Source: an uncultured Myxococcales bacterium
GTDB taxonomy: Bacteria; Myxococcota_A; Bradymonadia; REDH01
Length of the DNA: 64,000 bases
Assembly (NCBI GenBank): GCA_965367675.1
Contig: CBDUJZ010000006.1
Location: 2,016-66,015 of the forward strand
Direction: 5' to 3'
The position numbers and the translations under genes were made by a program. Positions 9,593 through 21,601 of this stretch are shown here, in pieces. The notes beneath the pieces are model-generated. The model saw nothing but the letters and a program-made list of their open reading frames with translations, ran no database searches and had not been told where the DNA came from. Each line of letters begins with the position of its first letter. Position 1 is the first letter of the stretch.

Positions 9593-9704
9593 CCGCCGGC
9601 GCGAAGCAGGTTCGCCAGACGCAGAAACGCCCCACGAGAGACTCGAAGGGCGGGATGCGCAGTGTCGACGCCCGCATGGACGCCCGCTAGTCGGAGGCTC
9701 GTGC

Positions 9705-10394
9705 CTAGGCGGTGACTTCGACGCGGAGCAGGGTGTTGCCCAGGTACACGAGGTCGCCGTGCTGCAGCGACTCGGCGCCGGCCACGCGGAGGAACGTGCC
9801 GTTGGTGGAGCCGAGGTCTTCGAGCGAGTAGCCCTTGCCGGACTTCACGACGCGGGCGTGGCGGGTGGACAGGTGCGGGTCAGCGGTGAAGACGACCGAC
9901 GCGCCTTCGCCACCGATGACGAGCTCGTCACCGCTGGTGGTCGAGGACAGGCCGGACTTGCCGCCGTCGAGCATCTGCTGGATGCGGAACGCGCCAGCGC
10001 GACGCGGGCTCGTCGAGAGCAGCGTGCCGTCCTTGGTCGGGAACGTCTCGTCCTGCGGGAGCATGTTGAAGCGGAAGAACTGGCCGCCAACGCGGAACCA
10101 ATCGCCGTCCTTGAGCGGACGGGGAGTGGAGATGCGGACGTATACGCCGTTGAGCGAGCCTTTGTCCGTGACCTGCAGCGTCTCGCCTCGGTAGGCGAAC
10201 GTGGCGTGCGTGGGCGAGATCGTCGGGTCCTCGGTCAGCGCGATGGCTTCGACCTCGCGTCCCGCGTCATGCGTGGAGCCGGAGAGCGAGAAGGTCATGC
10301 CCTTGGGGCAGTCGCCCGCGAGCACAACCAGTCGGGCGTGGCCCTTCTTCAGAATCGGGCTCAGCGGTTCGGTCTTTCGGTTCTTCTTCGCCAC
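9705..10394 (-). CDS. Double FHA-domain protein
   Basis: GTG start at 10394, preceded by GGAGG 6 nt upstream (tgggaggtacgccGTG). Two FHA-like modules (…FRVGGQFFRFN…, …GSTNGTFL…GDLVYLGNTLLRVEV). The ORF-track start at 10475 is probably too long. Confidence 0.7.
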   Translation of the reverse strand: MAKKNRKTEPLSPILKKGHARLVVLAGDCPKGMTFSLSGSTHDAGREVEAIALTEDPTISPTHATFAYRGETLQVTDKGSLNGVYVRISTPRPLKDGDWFRVGGQFFRFNMLPQDETFPTKDGTLLSTSPRRAGAFRIQQMLDGGKSGLSSTTSGDELVIGGEGASVVFTADPHLSTRHARVVKSGKGYSLEDLGSTNGTFLRVAGAESLQHGDLVYLGNTLLRVEVTA

Positions 10395-10521
10395 GGCGTA
10401 CCTCCCAGGTGCAAAAACTCGGACGTTGGTCCGCGAAGCTACGTGCGTGGAGGGCCGTCGGTCAAGATGCTGCACCGATCGGTGGGCTTCCGGGCGCGGA
10501 TGTCCCTGGCCGCAGGGGCAT

Positions 10522-11511
10522 TTACGTGGCGGCGTGGCGTAGCTCGACCCCGACCAACCAGTCCCGCACCTGCGTGTCCCAGCCTAAATGCCGATGCGCG
10601 ACCCACTGCAGTAGGCGCTCCCAACCGAGCGCGATGCCCGCCGTCGGACGTAGCGCGGCCAGCCCGGTCAGCATGGCCTCCGGAATGGGGTAGGCAGGCA
10701 TCCTCGCGTGCGCGCGCGCGGATAAATCAGCCTCGAATCGCGTGCGCTGCTCCACCGGGTCGACGAGCTCGCTGAACGCGTTCGCGATCTCGACCGCTCC
10801 GCCGTCGGTGGGCAGAAACAACTCGAATCGCTCGGCGACGGTCGGATCGTCGGGCTTGAGTCGCGCCAAGGCCGCCATGGCGGGTGGAAAGTCGACCAGG
10901 AACGTGGGCTCCTTAAACGTGGGCTCAACGCACTCGGCGTACGCCAGCGAGAACGCGGTCTCCCAGTCCCACGTGAGATCGGCGTCGACGCCCGCGCCGC
11001 GCAGCGCCTGAAGCAGCGCCTCCGCCGGTGCATCGGGGGCCACGCCGAGCGCGGATTGGAAGGCACCTGCGACGGTGACACGGGCGAACGGCCTAGGATC
11101 AGGGTCGCTGCCGCTGGCGCTGATCACTGCCCGCACGAGCTGCTCGGTGTCTGCCATCAGCCGTGTGTAATCGGCGTCCAAGCGGTACCACTCCAGCATG
11201 GTGAATTCCGGGTGGTGTCGGGGACCCGGAGGCTCATCCCGGTACGCGCGCGCGAGGGTAAAGACGTCGGCGTTGAGCTCCGCCAGCGTGGCCTTGATCG
11301 CGAACTCCGGCGAGGTGTGCAGGTGATACCCATCGACCTCGTGCGCCTCCTCGGCGGGCACCCGAAAGGCGCGGAGATGGGGCTCGAGGCCAGGGGAGGG
11401 CACCAGCGTCGGCACGTGAATCTCGAGGACATCGAGCGTGCGGAACGTATCCCGGAGCGCGCGCTCAGCGTCCGAGCGGAACCGCGCACGCTGCAGGAGC
11501 GTGGGCGTCAT
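10522..11511 (-). CDS. epmA: Elongation factor P--(R)-beta-lysine ligase (EpmA/PoxA; class II lysyl-tRNA-synthetase-like catalytic core)
   Basis: ATG at 11511 (MTPTLLQRARF…) overlaps the TGA of the upstream TPR lipoprotein gene. Class II aaRS-like motifs (…FTMLEWY…, …GGAVEIANAFSEL…, …GIALGWERLL…). ORF-track N-terminal extension rejected. Confidence 0.75.
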   Translation of the reverse strand: MTPTLLQRARFRSDAERALRDTFRTLDVLEIHVPTLVPSPGLEPHLRAFRVPAEEAHEVDGYHLHTSPEFAIKATLAELNADVFTLARAYRDEPPGPRHHPEFTMLEWYRLDADYTRLMADTEQLVRAVISASGSDPDPRPFARVTVAGAFQSALGVAPDAPAEALLQALRGAGVDADLTWDWETAFSLAYAECVEPTFKEPTFLVDFPPAMAALARLKPDDPTVAERFELFLPTDGGAVEIANAFSELVDPVEQRTRFEADLSARAHARMPAYPIPEAMLTGLAALRPTAGIALGWERLLQWVAHRHLGWDTQVRDWLVGVELRHAAT

Positions 11512-12314
11512 GGGTTGCGCAGACGGTCGAGGCGGCCTTGGACGACTCCGCGGTCGATGGAGTCGAACGGCGCGGTCAGCAGGTAGCGTTCGAGCGCGCG
11601 TTCGGCGTTGGTGTCGTCGCCGCGCCGGGCGTGCGCCATGCCGAGGTTGCGCCACGCCGCCAGATGCTCTGGGTCGGCACCGATCGCGCGATCGTAGAAG
11701 CCAACCGCCTGCTCCAGTTGCCCGATCCGCTCATACGCCACGCCGAGCGCGTTGAGCACGTCGGCGCTCTCCGGTTGCTGGGACTGCAGGCTGCCGAGCA
11801 CCTCCGAGGCGTCGTCCAGGCGGCCGGTTTCTACGAGCACGATGCCGAGTAGGAGGCGGGCGCTCTGTCCAACGGTCGGGTCGGCGACCAGCGTGCGCAG
11901 GGCGGGCTCGGCGAGGTCGAAGAGGCCGACTCGGATCTGGATGTTCGCCAGATTGAGCGCCACGTGCGGTGCGTTCGAGAGCGCCGCCGCCGCGGTCGCG
12001 TCCTCTAGTGCACGGTTTGGCTCGGACACGGCGAGGTGCGCAACGGCGCGGTTGGTGAGCGCGTCGGCGTTGTTCGGGTCGCCGTCGAGCGCCTCGTCGA
12101 ACCAGCTGATGGCTTCGCGGAATCGGCTGCGTTCGAGCGCGGCGAGCCCCCGGTTCACGGGCTGCCGACGGGCTTCGCGGGCGGGAGTGGTCGCCGCCGG
12201 TGTCGTGGCCGTGGTTTGCAGGGCTGAGGCCGGAGGGTTGGCACCGCCGCACGCGGTCAGCAGGGCAAGGCTGAGGCCGAGGAAGGTAGGGCGGGTCGCC
12301 GTGAGGAGCTTCAT
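11508..12314 (-). CDS. TPR-repeat lipoprotein
   Basis: ATG at 12314 (MKLLTATRPTFLGLSLALLTAC: lipobox L-T-A-C). TPR-like helices (…ALNALGVAYERIGQLEQAVGFYDRAIGADPEH…). Stop overlaps the epmA start. Confidence 0.65.
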   Translation of the reverse strand: MKLLTATRPTFLGLSLALLTACGGANPPASALQTTATTPAATTPAREARRQPVNRGLAALERSRFREAISWFDEALDGDPNNADALTNRAVAHLAVSEPNRALEDATAAAALSNAPHVALNLANIQIRVGLFDLAEPALRTLVADPTVGQSARLLLGIVLVETGRLDDASEVLGSLQSQQPESADVLNALGVAYERIGQLEQAVGFYDRAIGADPEHLAAWRNLGMAHARRGDDTNAERALERYLLTAPFDSIDRGVVQGRLDRLRNP

Positions 12315-12370
12315 GGTGTCGACAGCGTGGGGGAGTCGGAGTAGCCATCGTTCGCTGTACGAGAGGATGT

Positions 12371-12841
12371 ATGTCAACCCGAAGGCTAGTTTTGTGGCTC
12401 TGTTTGAGCGTGCTTTGTTCCTGCGCGAGCGCCGCGCAGGTGCGGCGTGCGGCGCTGGACGACAGCGCCGTCGTCGATGGCGAGCTCGACATTCTGTACC
12501 GCTGCGGGGAGCGATCCGCTGAGGCGTTGGACCTCACGGTGGCGCACGGAAACCCGGCGGCGCGCGTGTTCATCACCGACTGGACGCGAGAGGGCGCCGA
12601 GCGCTGGCGGATGACTTACATGGTGCGCGTACACGAGCGCTATGGCCCGGGCGCCGACGCGGTCGTGATGCGCGATGTGTGGCAGGTCGAGGGTCCGGTG
12701 CCGGATGGCGCGGAGGCGTTGCCGGAGTCGGACGGTGGATGGGAGCGCTCACCGGGGACGCCGGAGGACACCGCATTCGCGAACCAAGTCACCGCCGCTG
12801 TTGTCGAATGTTGGCGCGCCGAGAGCACGCTGGCACCGTGA
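12371..12841 (+). CDS. Small secreted hypothetical protein
   Basis: AGAGGA SD 3-4 nt before ATG 12371. Signal peptide MSTRRLVLWLCLSVLCSCASAAQ. No recognisable domain. Confidence 0.4.
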   Translation: MSTRRLVLWLCLSVLCSCASAAQVRRAALDDSAVVDGELDILYRCGERSAEALDLTVAHGNPAARVFITDWTREGAERWRMTYMVRVHERYGPGADAVVMRDVWQVEGPVPDGAEALPESDGGWERSPGTPEDTAFANQVTAAVVECWRAESTLAP

Positions 12842-12974
12842 GACACTACCGGACACAAAGCGAAAGCGGCGCCATTCTTGACTTGGGGCCTGTCGACAAG
12901 CGAAAGTGTCTCACTGCGCTTTCAGCGGAATTCCCTGAGATTGCGGGTGCATATCGCACCAACAACCACATAGA

Positions 12975-15170
12975 ATGACCCTACCGACCGAGAACCTCCC
13001 TGGCGTTACGCCGTCCAAGGGGACGATACGAATCGCACAGGTTCTGTCGTCGGGGCGAGGGGCGAATAGTGGGCTGCACCTACACCCGCAGGGCCACCGA
13101 CTGGTGTCGGTCTGGTGCGGGCACGATGGTACCGTCGACTATTGGTCCGTCGAGACCGCCACCCATTTGCAGTCCTTTGGGCTCGAGGTGGAGCTCGCCG
13201 ATGTGGGGTCGCAGGTCGGGCCGGAGTACATGCCGCCCGGCACCGATGCGCACGCCGAGAACTGGCCGGTGCACCAGCTTCCGGTGGTCGACTCGGCGAT
13301 GAACGCGCTGGGCGGCCACGTGGCGCTGGCCGCGGGCCGTGGCGTCCGCGTGTTCCGAACCGCCGCCGATGAGTCGAGCCTGGTCGCGAGCCAGAACCTG
13401 CGCGGGCACGAGCAGTCCGTCACCCGGGTGGCGCTCGACGCGACCGGCGAACGCGCGCTTTCGTGCGATCCGACCGGTCAGGTCGTGGTCTGGGACACCG
13501 TCCGCGGGGTATCGCAGCACGTGCTGCGCATCTCGACGTCGCCGTGCACGCTCGGCTTCATCTGGAACAATATGCTCGCGATGGCGGGCGACAGCACCGG
13601 GCGCATCATCTGCTGGGAGCTGGACCAAGGCCGCCGGCATCTACAGTTCCAAGCGCACCGAGGCGCCGTTACGCGCACCGCGTTCAATCAGGACAGCGGC
13701 GTGCTGCTCACCGCTGGGCACGATAACGCCGCCCGGATGTGGAACCTCGAAGAGGGGCAGCAGATCGGGCACGACATGTGCCACCGCAGCGCGGTCTGCG
13801 ACGTGGCGTTCGCCTACGCCGGCCGCTTCGTCGTCACGTGCGGCGCGGACGGGCATGTCGCGATCTGGAACTCCACCGATGGCGATCTGCTCGACTGGTA
13901 CTTCGACTCCGCGCCCGTCTATCGGGTGGCGTTCGACAAGCTCAACGGCACGCTGATCGTGGCCGGCGCGCGTACGGTGAAGGTGCTCTCGGTGGACTGG
14001 CAGCGGCTGCGCGAGGTCGACGCCGACGCGCGCTCCGCGCTGCTCACCGACATGAATCCCGCCGACCACGCCGCGCTGTTTGCGTCTCCGCCGGCGCGGC
14101 CGGAGCCGAGCCTGGGTGTGGGTCCCGCGCCGATCGACGCGCCGCTCGGTTCGATCATGACGAGCCAGCAGACCCAAGAGATTTGGATACCTGAGGACTT
14201 CGGACGTATTCCGAGGCCCGCTCAGGCCGAGGCGCAGGAAGCGCCCAGCACGAGCCCATTCATCACCGCCACGCCGAACCCGCTCGCGTCCTCTGGACTC
14301 GCAGGCCTGGTCCCTCCGGGCACGAGCGTCTCCGGGCCTGTCCCGCACACCTCGTCGGGCCCGCCGAGCCTGACCGAGGCGATGGCGCAGGCGAAAGCCC
14401 GAGAGCAGGAGAACTCCTCGCGGGCGACCTCGTACGGCATTGGCAAAGCGGCGCACAGCGACGCCCTCGACGCCAACGCGTTCTTCAGCGCGCTTGAGCA
14501 GACCAATGAGAATGCGCGCATGTCGCGCATGGACTCCGGCATCGTCGAGGCCAGCATGGCCACGGCCGCGCGCACCGGAGCGCGCATCGGTGTGCCCTCC
14601 AGCCAGTCGCGATCGGCGCTCGTCGACCTCACGCCTGCCGAGGTCGATACGCCGCCGGCGTCGCGGAAGTGGGTGGTGATCGGAGCGACCGCCGTGACCG
14701 TCGCCATCGTCGTGCGGCTTGCCGTCGGTTGGTACTTCATGAATCCCGTGTGGCCCTCCGCCGTGGAGAGCGAGCGGCAAGCGGTTGAAGCCACCCACGG
14801 CGCCGCCGTCAGCGCTGCTGAGACCGCCTTCGCCGCCTACCAAGGCGAAGAGCAGGCCAGCATCGACCGCTACCGCGACTCGGACTCGATGAACCCGGAA
14901 GCGGTCGAGCGCGCGGTCGCGCGGGTGCAGTCGCGCATCGACCAGCGGCGGGCCGAACGTGACGCGCAGCTCGCCGAAGTCGCGAGCGAGCACGAGGTCG
15001 CGATCGCTTCGCTTCATAGCAATCGCCGGTCTGCCGCCGGCCGCTTGGGCAACCTCATGGCGCTCGGCGCTGGCATCATCGCGCTGCTCGTCGGGTTGGC
15101 GTTTGGTGTTAAGCCCAAGAAAAAGAAGCCGGCTTCAAACTCCTCGATGCGCAGGCTTCGCCAACGATGA
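12975..15170 (+). CDS. WD40 beta-propeller protein with a disordered linker and a C-terminal transmembrane/coiled-coil region
   Basis: ATG 12975. WD-like repeats (…GQVVVWDTVRG…, …GRIICWELDQG…, …DNAARMWNLEEG…, …GHVAIWNSTDGD…). Pro/Ser-rich linker. TM helices (WVVIGATAVTVAIVV… ; LMALGAGIIALLVGLAF). Lys-rich tail. Confidence 0.75.
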   Translation: MTLPTENLPGVTPSKGTIRIAQVLSSGRGANSGLHLHPQGHRLVSVWCGHDGTVDYWSVETATHLQSFGLEVELADVGSQVGPEYMPPGTDAHAENWPVHQLPVVDSAMNALGGHVALAAGRGVRVFRTAADESSLVASQNLRGHEQSVTRVALDATGERALSCDPTGQVVVWDTVRGVSQHVLRISTSPCTLGFIWNNMLAMAGDSTGRIICWELDQGRRHLQFQAHRGAVTRTAFNQDSGVLLTAGHDNAARMWNLEEGQQIGHDMCHRSAVCDVAFAYAGRFVVTCGADGHVAIWNSTDGDLLDWYFDSAPVYRVAFDKLNGTLIVAGARTVKVLSVDWQRLREVDADARSALLTDMNPADHAALFASPPARPEPSLGVGPAPIDAPLGSIMTSQQTQEIWIPEDFGRIPRPAQAEAQEAPSTSPFITATPNPLASSGLAGLVPPGTSVSGPVPHTSSGPPSLTEAMAQAKAREQENSSRATSYGIGKAAHSDALDANAFFSALEQTNENARMSRMDSGIVEASMATAARTGARIGVPSSQSRSALVDLTPAEVDTPPASRKWVVIGATAVTVAIVVRLAVGWYFMNPVWPSAVESERQAVEATHGAAVSAAETAFAAYQGEEQASIDRYRDSDSMNPEAVERAVARVQSRIDQRRAERDAQLAEVASEHEVAIASLHSNRRSAAGRLGNLMALGAGIIALLVGLAFGVKPKKKKPASNSSMRRLRQR

Positions 15171-16384
15171 ATCGTAGAGACGTTGAAAAGCTGCAGAAAC
15201 TCGCCGTCGCAATGGTGGCCGCGATTCTGTTGCTCATGCTGATCTTGGGCGCGACCATTCTACGTGCGAAGGCCCGCGCCGCTCAGCTCGAAGAAGAGTG
15301 GCTGGCGCAGCAACAAGCCATCGAAGACGCGCCGCCGCCGGAGCCTCCGGACCCGTTCTCGGGGCTATCGCAGGCCGCGACCGAACGCGTTCGGGCACTC
15401 GCCGTGACGGACGCGACCGCCGGTGCGACCACGATCGGCGCCCGCGTCGACTCTGGAGCCCTCTCGACCCGCGTCGACGCGCTCCGTCGCCCCGGTGTTA
15501 CGCCGGGAGCGTGGACCGCTCGGCGGCTCGGCGAGCACTCCGTGTACGAGGTCTCGTTCTTGTACGAGTTCCACGCCGTGCACTTCGGTCCGCGCTGGTA
15601 CGTGCAGATGAACGCTGACGGTCCGTCGCCCGATGGGTCTGGCGGCGTGGTGCCGGTCAACGGGCTGGCTGAGCAGCTCCAGCGGCCCGATCTGGACGAG
15701 GGACTTCGGTACCTGAACCGTGCCGACGAGGTGCTCGAAGCGCTCACGGAGCACCGGTTCGAGGGCGGCACCCGCCTGGGCAGCGCGCTGTTGGTGTTCT
15801 TCCAAGGCCGCGGCGACTCCGCCGAGCGCTCGGTGATCGGCTGGCACGTGGTGCCCGAGAAGACGAACCCGGACGAGGAGCTCGTGTACCGCGCCTTCTT
15901 CCAGTGGCAAGAGGGCGAGGAGACGCACGACGCGTGGTGGGAGGTGAACCTCTCGAACCGTGATTTCCGCGCCAAGGACCTGCAAGCAAACGAGATCATG
16001 GCGTCTGGGGCCGAGGTTGCTCAGGACGATGTAATCGACATTCGCCCGCGCACGTTGGACCTCACGCAGCCTCCGGCGGAGGAGCGCGACGCCCGCGTGC
16101 GTGCGCTGCGCTACCTGCTGTCGAACGACCGCCTGATCGAGGCTGTGGGCACGCTGCTGAGCTTCCGTGGGCGCACCACCGAGTTGGAGTACGTCGGCTG
16201 GGAGCCGAACGTGACCGACCAGCGTCACATCTACGACATCGCGTGCATGTTCAACGAGGGCTCAGAGCAGGTCCGTGTCACGTGGCGTGTGGACGCCAAC
16301 ACGGGCGTCGCGACGCCGACCAGCGACATCGCTCGCACCGCGCAACTTGCGCTTGAGTTGGTCTCAGAAGGCGCGTCCAACTGA
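15167..16384 (+). CDS. Membrane-anchored hypothetical protein, translationally coupled to the WD40 gene
   Basis: ATG 15167 overlaps TGA of the WD40 gene (ATGA). N-terminal TM (LAVAMVAAILLLMLILGATIL). No recognisable domain. Confidence 0.55.
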   Translation: MNRRDVEKLQKLAVAMVAAILLLMLILGATILRAKARAAQLEEEWLAQQQAIEDAPPPEPPDPFSGLSQAATERVRALAVTDATAGATTIGARVDSGALSTRVDALRRPGVTPGAWTARRLGEHSVYEVSFLYEFHAVHFGPRWYVQMNADGPSPDGSGGVVPVNGLAEQLQRPDLDEGLRYLNRADEVLEALTEHRFEGGTRLGSALLVFFQGRGDSAERSVIGWHVVPEKTNPDEELVYRAFFQWQEGEETHDAWWEVNLSNRDFRAKDLQANEIMASGAEVAQDDVIDIRPRTLDLTQPPAEERDARVRALRYLLSNDRLIEAVGTLLSFRGRTTELEYVGWEPNVTDQRHIYDIACMFNEGSEQVRVTWRVDANTGVATPTSDIARTAQLALELVSEGASN

Positions 16385-16411
16385 CGCGCTTTCCGAGACC
16401 GCGGAGACGTT

Positions 16412-16432
16412 GAGCCCGCGATAGGTGCGGGC
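16412..16432. terminator. Hairpin between convergent genes (candidate bidirectional terminator)
   Basis: agcccgc-gataggt-gcgggcc stem-loop in the 60-nt gap between the + gene ending 16384 and eno ending 16444. No clear U-tract. Confidence 0.35.
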
Positions 16433-16443
16433 CCCGGAGGCGA

Positions 16444-18275
<1,832 letters not shown>

Positions 18276-18302
18276 GCCACGCCAAACGGCCTCGGGGGAC
18301 CG

Positions 18303-21191
18303 CTAGAAGTAGATGTTGTCCTCGAACGTCGGGTCCAGGTCGTTCCCGATGTACACGTGTCGGTCGAGGCCGTTCACCGCCCGTAGGATCGACATGTATT
18401 GGACGATTCGCTGCGGATAGCGCCGGGCGCCATCGTACGGCACGGTCTCGATGAACTCGTCCATATCCATGTCGTCGCCGCGCCACTCGAGCCAGCGCTG
18501 CACCTGGTGCGGTCCGGCGTTGTAGGCCACCATCGCGAGCATCTCTTGGCCGTGGAACTTGGTGATCAGCTCGTTCAGGTACCACGTGCCGTAGCGCAGG
18601 CTCTCAGACGGTTCGAGCAGGTCGTGCACGCCGAAGTCGATCTGGCCAAAGTCCAGCGCGACCAGGTCTCCGGTCTTGGGGATGACCTGCAGCAGGCCGT
18701 AGGCGTCGGCGTGCGAGACGGTGTCCGGGTTCATGTCGCTCTCGACGATCATGAGCGCCCACACCAGGAACGGGTTCAACTGATAGCGCTCGATGGACTC
18801 GAACAGGTCCGGCCCATACGCCCGCGGGTACGCCTCGTGCCAACGAATATCGAGCGGCTCTGTGGTGAGCGACGGCAGGTCGTCGTCGAGGGCGAACCGG
18901 CGGACCATATAGAAGTCGCCGAGCTGGCGCGCGACCGCGCGGATGAGCGGGCGAAGCTCCGAGCGCTGCGACTGGATGGTCGTCTGGCGCGCCGCCAACG
19001 CGCGTCGGTCGGACGCGCCGGAGGGAACGGGAAAGCGCAGGGTGTCGAGGGTGATGCCCCACCAGCCGATCTCGGTCGGGCGGTTGTCGATGTAGTTCGC
19101 CCAGCGGCGGTTGGAGAGTCGAATCGGGCGATCTCCGCGGGGTCGCCGGCCTTGGCGGGCCAAGCTGTCTAGCGCTCGGAACTCGATGAGCGGCGATCGG
19201 AACTCCTTGCGCGCTTCTTCCACCGCTCCGATTTGCCAGAGCGCGTGGGCGGTCACGGCCAACGGAAACACCTCGGCCCAATCGGCGATGAGGGTATCGA
19301 GCGCTGCGCTGTCATCGAATTCGGAGGGGTAGCCGCGGAAGAACTCGTCGATGTCGTCGACCTGGAGCGCTGCGAAGTCGGCGGAGGGCTCACCCTCGAA
19401 CCCATCCCAGTGGATGCGACCAGGGGCCGGCCACGGCGTCACGAGGGGGGCCAACTCGGCGTCTTCATCGGCAGGAGCGCCGGACCCCGCCGCGGCAGCC
19501 TGTTGCGCGTTCTCGGCGTTCTCGGCCGAGAGCTCCAACACGGCGTTCCACTCCAGCGTTCGGTTGTGGGCTTGGAGGCCGTAGTAGCGGTAGGGGCTGC
19601 GCGCGGTCACGCCGGCGTAGAGTTCGAGCGCCTCGTCGATACGTCCGAGCTTCTCAAGGCACCGCGCCTGCCAGTACTCGTAGCGTGACTTGGTGGTACC
19701 GGTCGCGCGTCGCGCGAGCGTCGCAAACAGCCGTCGCGCGCGATCGTGGTTGCCGGCCATGTAGTGGGTGAAGGCGCCGTTCCACGACTCCCACTGCCGG
19801 TCGCGGGTGTAGAGGTCGTCGAGGTGCGTCAGCGCGGCGTCCCAGTTGCCGACGTCGAACGCGAACTCGTAGAGCCGGTGATGGCGCTCCGAGCCTGACC
19901 GCTGTGCGTAGTACGCGATCATGATTTCGTACGCCTCCTGCTCTCGGCCGAGCCGGCTCAGCGGTCGCGCGCGCCAGGTGGCCCGGTTGAACTGCGAGAC
20001 CCCGACGTTACCGGCCTCTTCGATCGCGTCCATCCAGTGCAGCGATTCGGAGAACTGGGCCGAGTCGTAGGCGTTGAGCGCGAGCTGGAAGCGGACTTCG
20101 TTCAGGAACGAGTTGCGGGAGCCGTCTTCGATGGCTTCGTTGAGCAGCTCGGTGAGCATGCCGCGGGCGATGCCCCAGTGGCGGCGTCGGCGGAGGTCGG
20201 TGGCGTGGGCGAGGCGTGTCTCAAACGAGTGCGTGCGCAGCGTGCCGCCTTGCTCTTGAAGCTCCGCGACCAGGACCCGCGCTTCTGGCGCGCGGCCGGA
20301 GAACGGGCGGTCCCATAGGAAGTTGTCCAGCCGTCGCGCGGCCGCGGTGACGGAGCCGACGCGTTGCTCCGCGCGGGCCAGCTCTACCTGCATACGGTCG
20401 CCTTGCGGATACTCGGGATAGCGGACGAGCAGGGCGTCCATTTCGCGGATGGCGCTCGCCGTGGAGTCCTCGATGTGCAGTCGCGCCTCGGCGGCGATGA
20501 ATCGGGCCTCGTGAACGATGGGCCGCGTGGTGTCGTCGCTGGCGACCAGCGCCGCGTCACGGGCCTCCTCCCAACGCCCGGTGGCGAGGGCGGCGCGGGC
20601 ATGCCACAGGGAGCGGTAGGGTGCGAGCAGATCGTCGCTCGGATCGACGAAGTCGGTGTGAGCTTCGGTGTGAGCTTCGGCCGGTGAGCCGCTGCCGTCC
20701 GCTGTGGCTGCGTCCGCGAGGGCGGCGCGGGCGTCTGTAGCCGTGCGGATCGCCGCGAGATGCTCAAGCACGGCTTCGTGCTCGCCGAGCATGTTCGCGA
20801 CGCGGGCGGCTGCGGTGCGCGCACGCGTGTGCAGTTCGAACGGCTGCTCGACCTCCAAGAACGTGTTGAGCGTCGCCAGGCCGCGGGCGAGGTGGCCGGC
20901 GCGGATGGACGCCAGCCCGCTCTCCATGAGCGCTTCGTCTCGGGGCAGGGCGAGGTACACGTCCGTCGCGCGCAGAGAGTCGACGACTCGGCTCGCTGCC
21001 GCGTCGACGGCGGCAAACTCGCGCTGGTTCTGGTCGAGTTGCTGCGCCCAGCGTTGGATGAACGATGGGGCGACGTCCGCCTCCACATCGATGGAGCCAG
21101 CGGGCGGACGCCCACTCGCCAACGAGTGTGTCGGGAAGGCCTCTAACGAGAGGACGAGCCCGATGAGCGAGATGATGATCCTGAAGCTCAA
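18303..21191 (-). CDS. Soluble lytic murein transglycosylase (Slt70-like): N-terminal superhelical repeat domain plus C-terminal SLT catalytic domain
   Basis: Signal peptide MSFRIIISLIGLVLSLEAF. SLT motifs near the C-terminus (…ESDMNPDTVSHADAYGLLQVIP… and …AYNAGPHQVQRW…). Long alpha-helical repeat N-terminal region. Confidence 0.8.
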   Translation of the reverse strand: MSFRIIISLIGLVLSLEAFPTHSLASGRPPAGSIDVEADVAPSFIQRWAQQLDQNQREFAAVDAAASRVVDSLRATDVYLALPRDEALMESGLASIRAGHLARGLATLNTFLEVEQPFELHTRARTAAARVANMLGEHEAVLEHLAAIRTATDARAALADAATADGSGSPAEAHTEAHTDFVDPSDDLLAPYRSLWHARAALATGRWEEARDAALVASDDTTRPIVHEARFIAAEARLHIEDSTASAIREMDALLVRYPEYPQGDRMQVELARAEQRVGSVTAAARRLDNFLWDRPFSGRAPEARVLVAELQEQGGTLRTHSFETRLAHATDLRRRRHWGIARGMLTELLNEAIEDGSRNSFLNEVRFQLALNAYDSAQFSESLHWMDAIEEAGNVGVSQFNRATWRARPLSRLGREQEAYEIMIAYYAQRSGSERHHRLYEFAFDVGNWDAALTHLDDLYTRDRQWESWNGAFTHYMAGNHDRARRLFATLARRATGTTKSRYEYWQARCLEKLGRIDEALELYAGVTARSPYRYYGLQAHNRTLEWNAVLELSAENAENAQQAAAAGSGAPADEDAELAPLVTPWPAPGRIHWDGFEGEPSADFAALQVDDIDEFFRGYPSEFDDSAALDTLIADWAEVFPLAVTAHALWQIGAVEEARKEFRSPLIEFRALDSLARQGRRPRGDRPIRLSNRRWANYIDNRPTEIGWWGITLDTLRFPVPSGASDRRALAARQTTIQSQRSELRPLIRAVARQLGDFYMVRRFALDDDLPSLTTEPLDIRWHEAYPRAYGPDLFESIERYQLNPFLVWALMIVESDMNPDTVSHADAYGLLQVIPKTGDLVALDFGQIDFGVHDLLEPSESLRYGTWYLNELITKFHGQEMLAMVAYNAGPHQVQRWLEWRGDDMDMDEFIETVPYDGARRYPQRIVQYMSILRAVNGLDRHVYIGNDLDPTFEDNIYF

Positions 21192-21236
21192 GGTCCCTTC
21201 GAGAGTGGCGGGTGGAGCGCGGTCGGTTTTCGGAGG

Positions 21237-21530
21237 CTATCCGCCGCCGGCCGTGTCGTTGGACCTAGCGTTAGGCTCTTCGTTCGCTGCGAGTTCATAG
21301 TGCACCATACGGTCTTTGGTGCGGAGCTTCAGTTTTTGGAGACGTTTTCTCTCCAGCTGCTCTCTCGCGGACAGATGCACGCGGTCGGCGTACTCCTCGA
21401 GTTTGGCCTCGAGGTGCGCGTGCTCGGCTCGGAGTTGTTCGAGCAGGTCGTCGGAAGCGGACGCGCTGTCGTCTTGGGCGGTCGGACTGTCCACACCGGA
21501 GTGTCCGGGCGGCGTAGAATGGTCGGCCAT
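21237..21530 (-). CDS. Small YdcH/DUF465-like protein
   Basis: ATG 21530. Coiled-coil core …LSAREQLERKRLQKLKLRTKDRM… resembles the DUF465 signature. Family assignment is from memory. Confidence 0.45.
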   Translation of the reverse strand: MADHSTPPGHSGVDSPTAQDDSASASDDLLEQLRAEHAHLEAKLEEYADRVHLSAREQLERKRLQKLKLRTKDRMVHYELAANEEPNARSNDTAGGG

Positions 21531-21601
21531 ATTCGGAGCGAGTGAGGGTCGTTTCGTTAACTGTAGGGGGAGTGCGAAACGGGTGTCAACGCCACGAGTG
21601 G

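Noticed and set aside
10522-11655. N-terminal 47-aa Arg-rich extension of epmA (and similar extensions on phoH, nrdJ, paralog B, the CBM9 lipoprotein and the RHH gene)
   Set aside because: Extensions are Arg/Pro-rich read-through of upstream GC-rich DNA. Conserved family N-termini begin at internal ATG/GTG codons, which coincide with stop/start overlaps of the upstream gene.
12842-12974. Candidate tRNA or small RNA in the lower-GC gap before the WD40 gene
   Set aside because: No cloverleaf-compatible acceptor/T-arm pairing, only a 5-bp hairpin (ggtgc-atatc-gcacc). More likely an ordinary promoter region.
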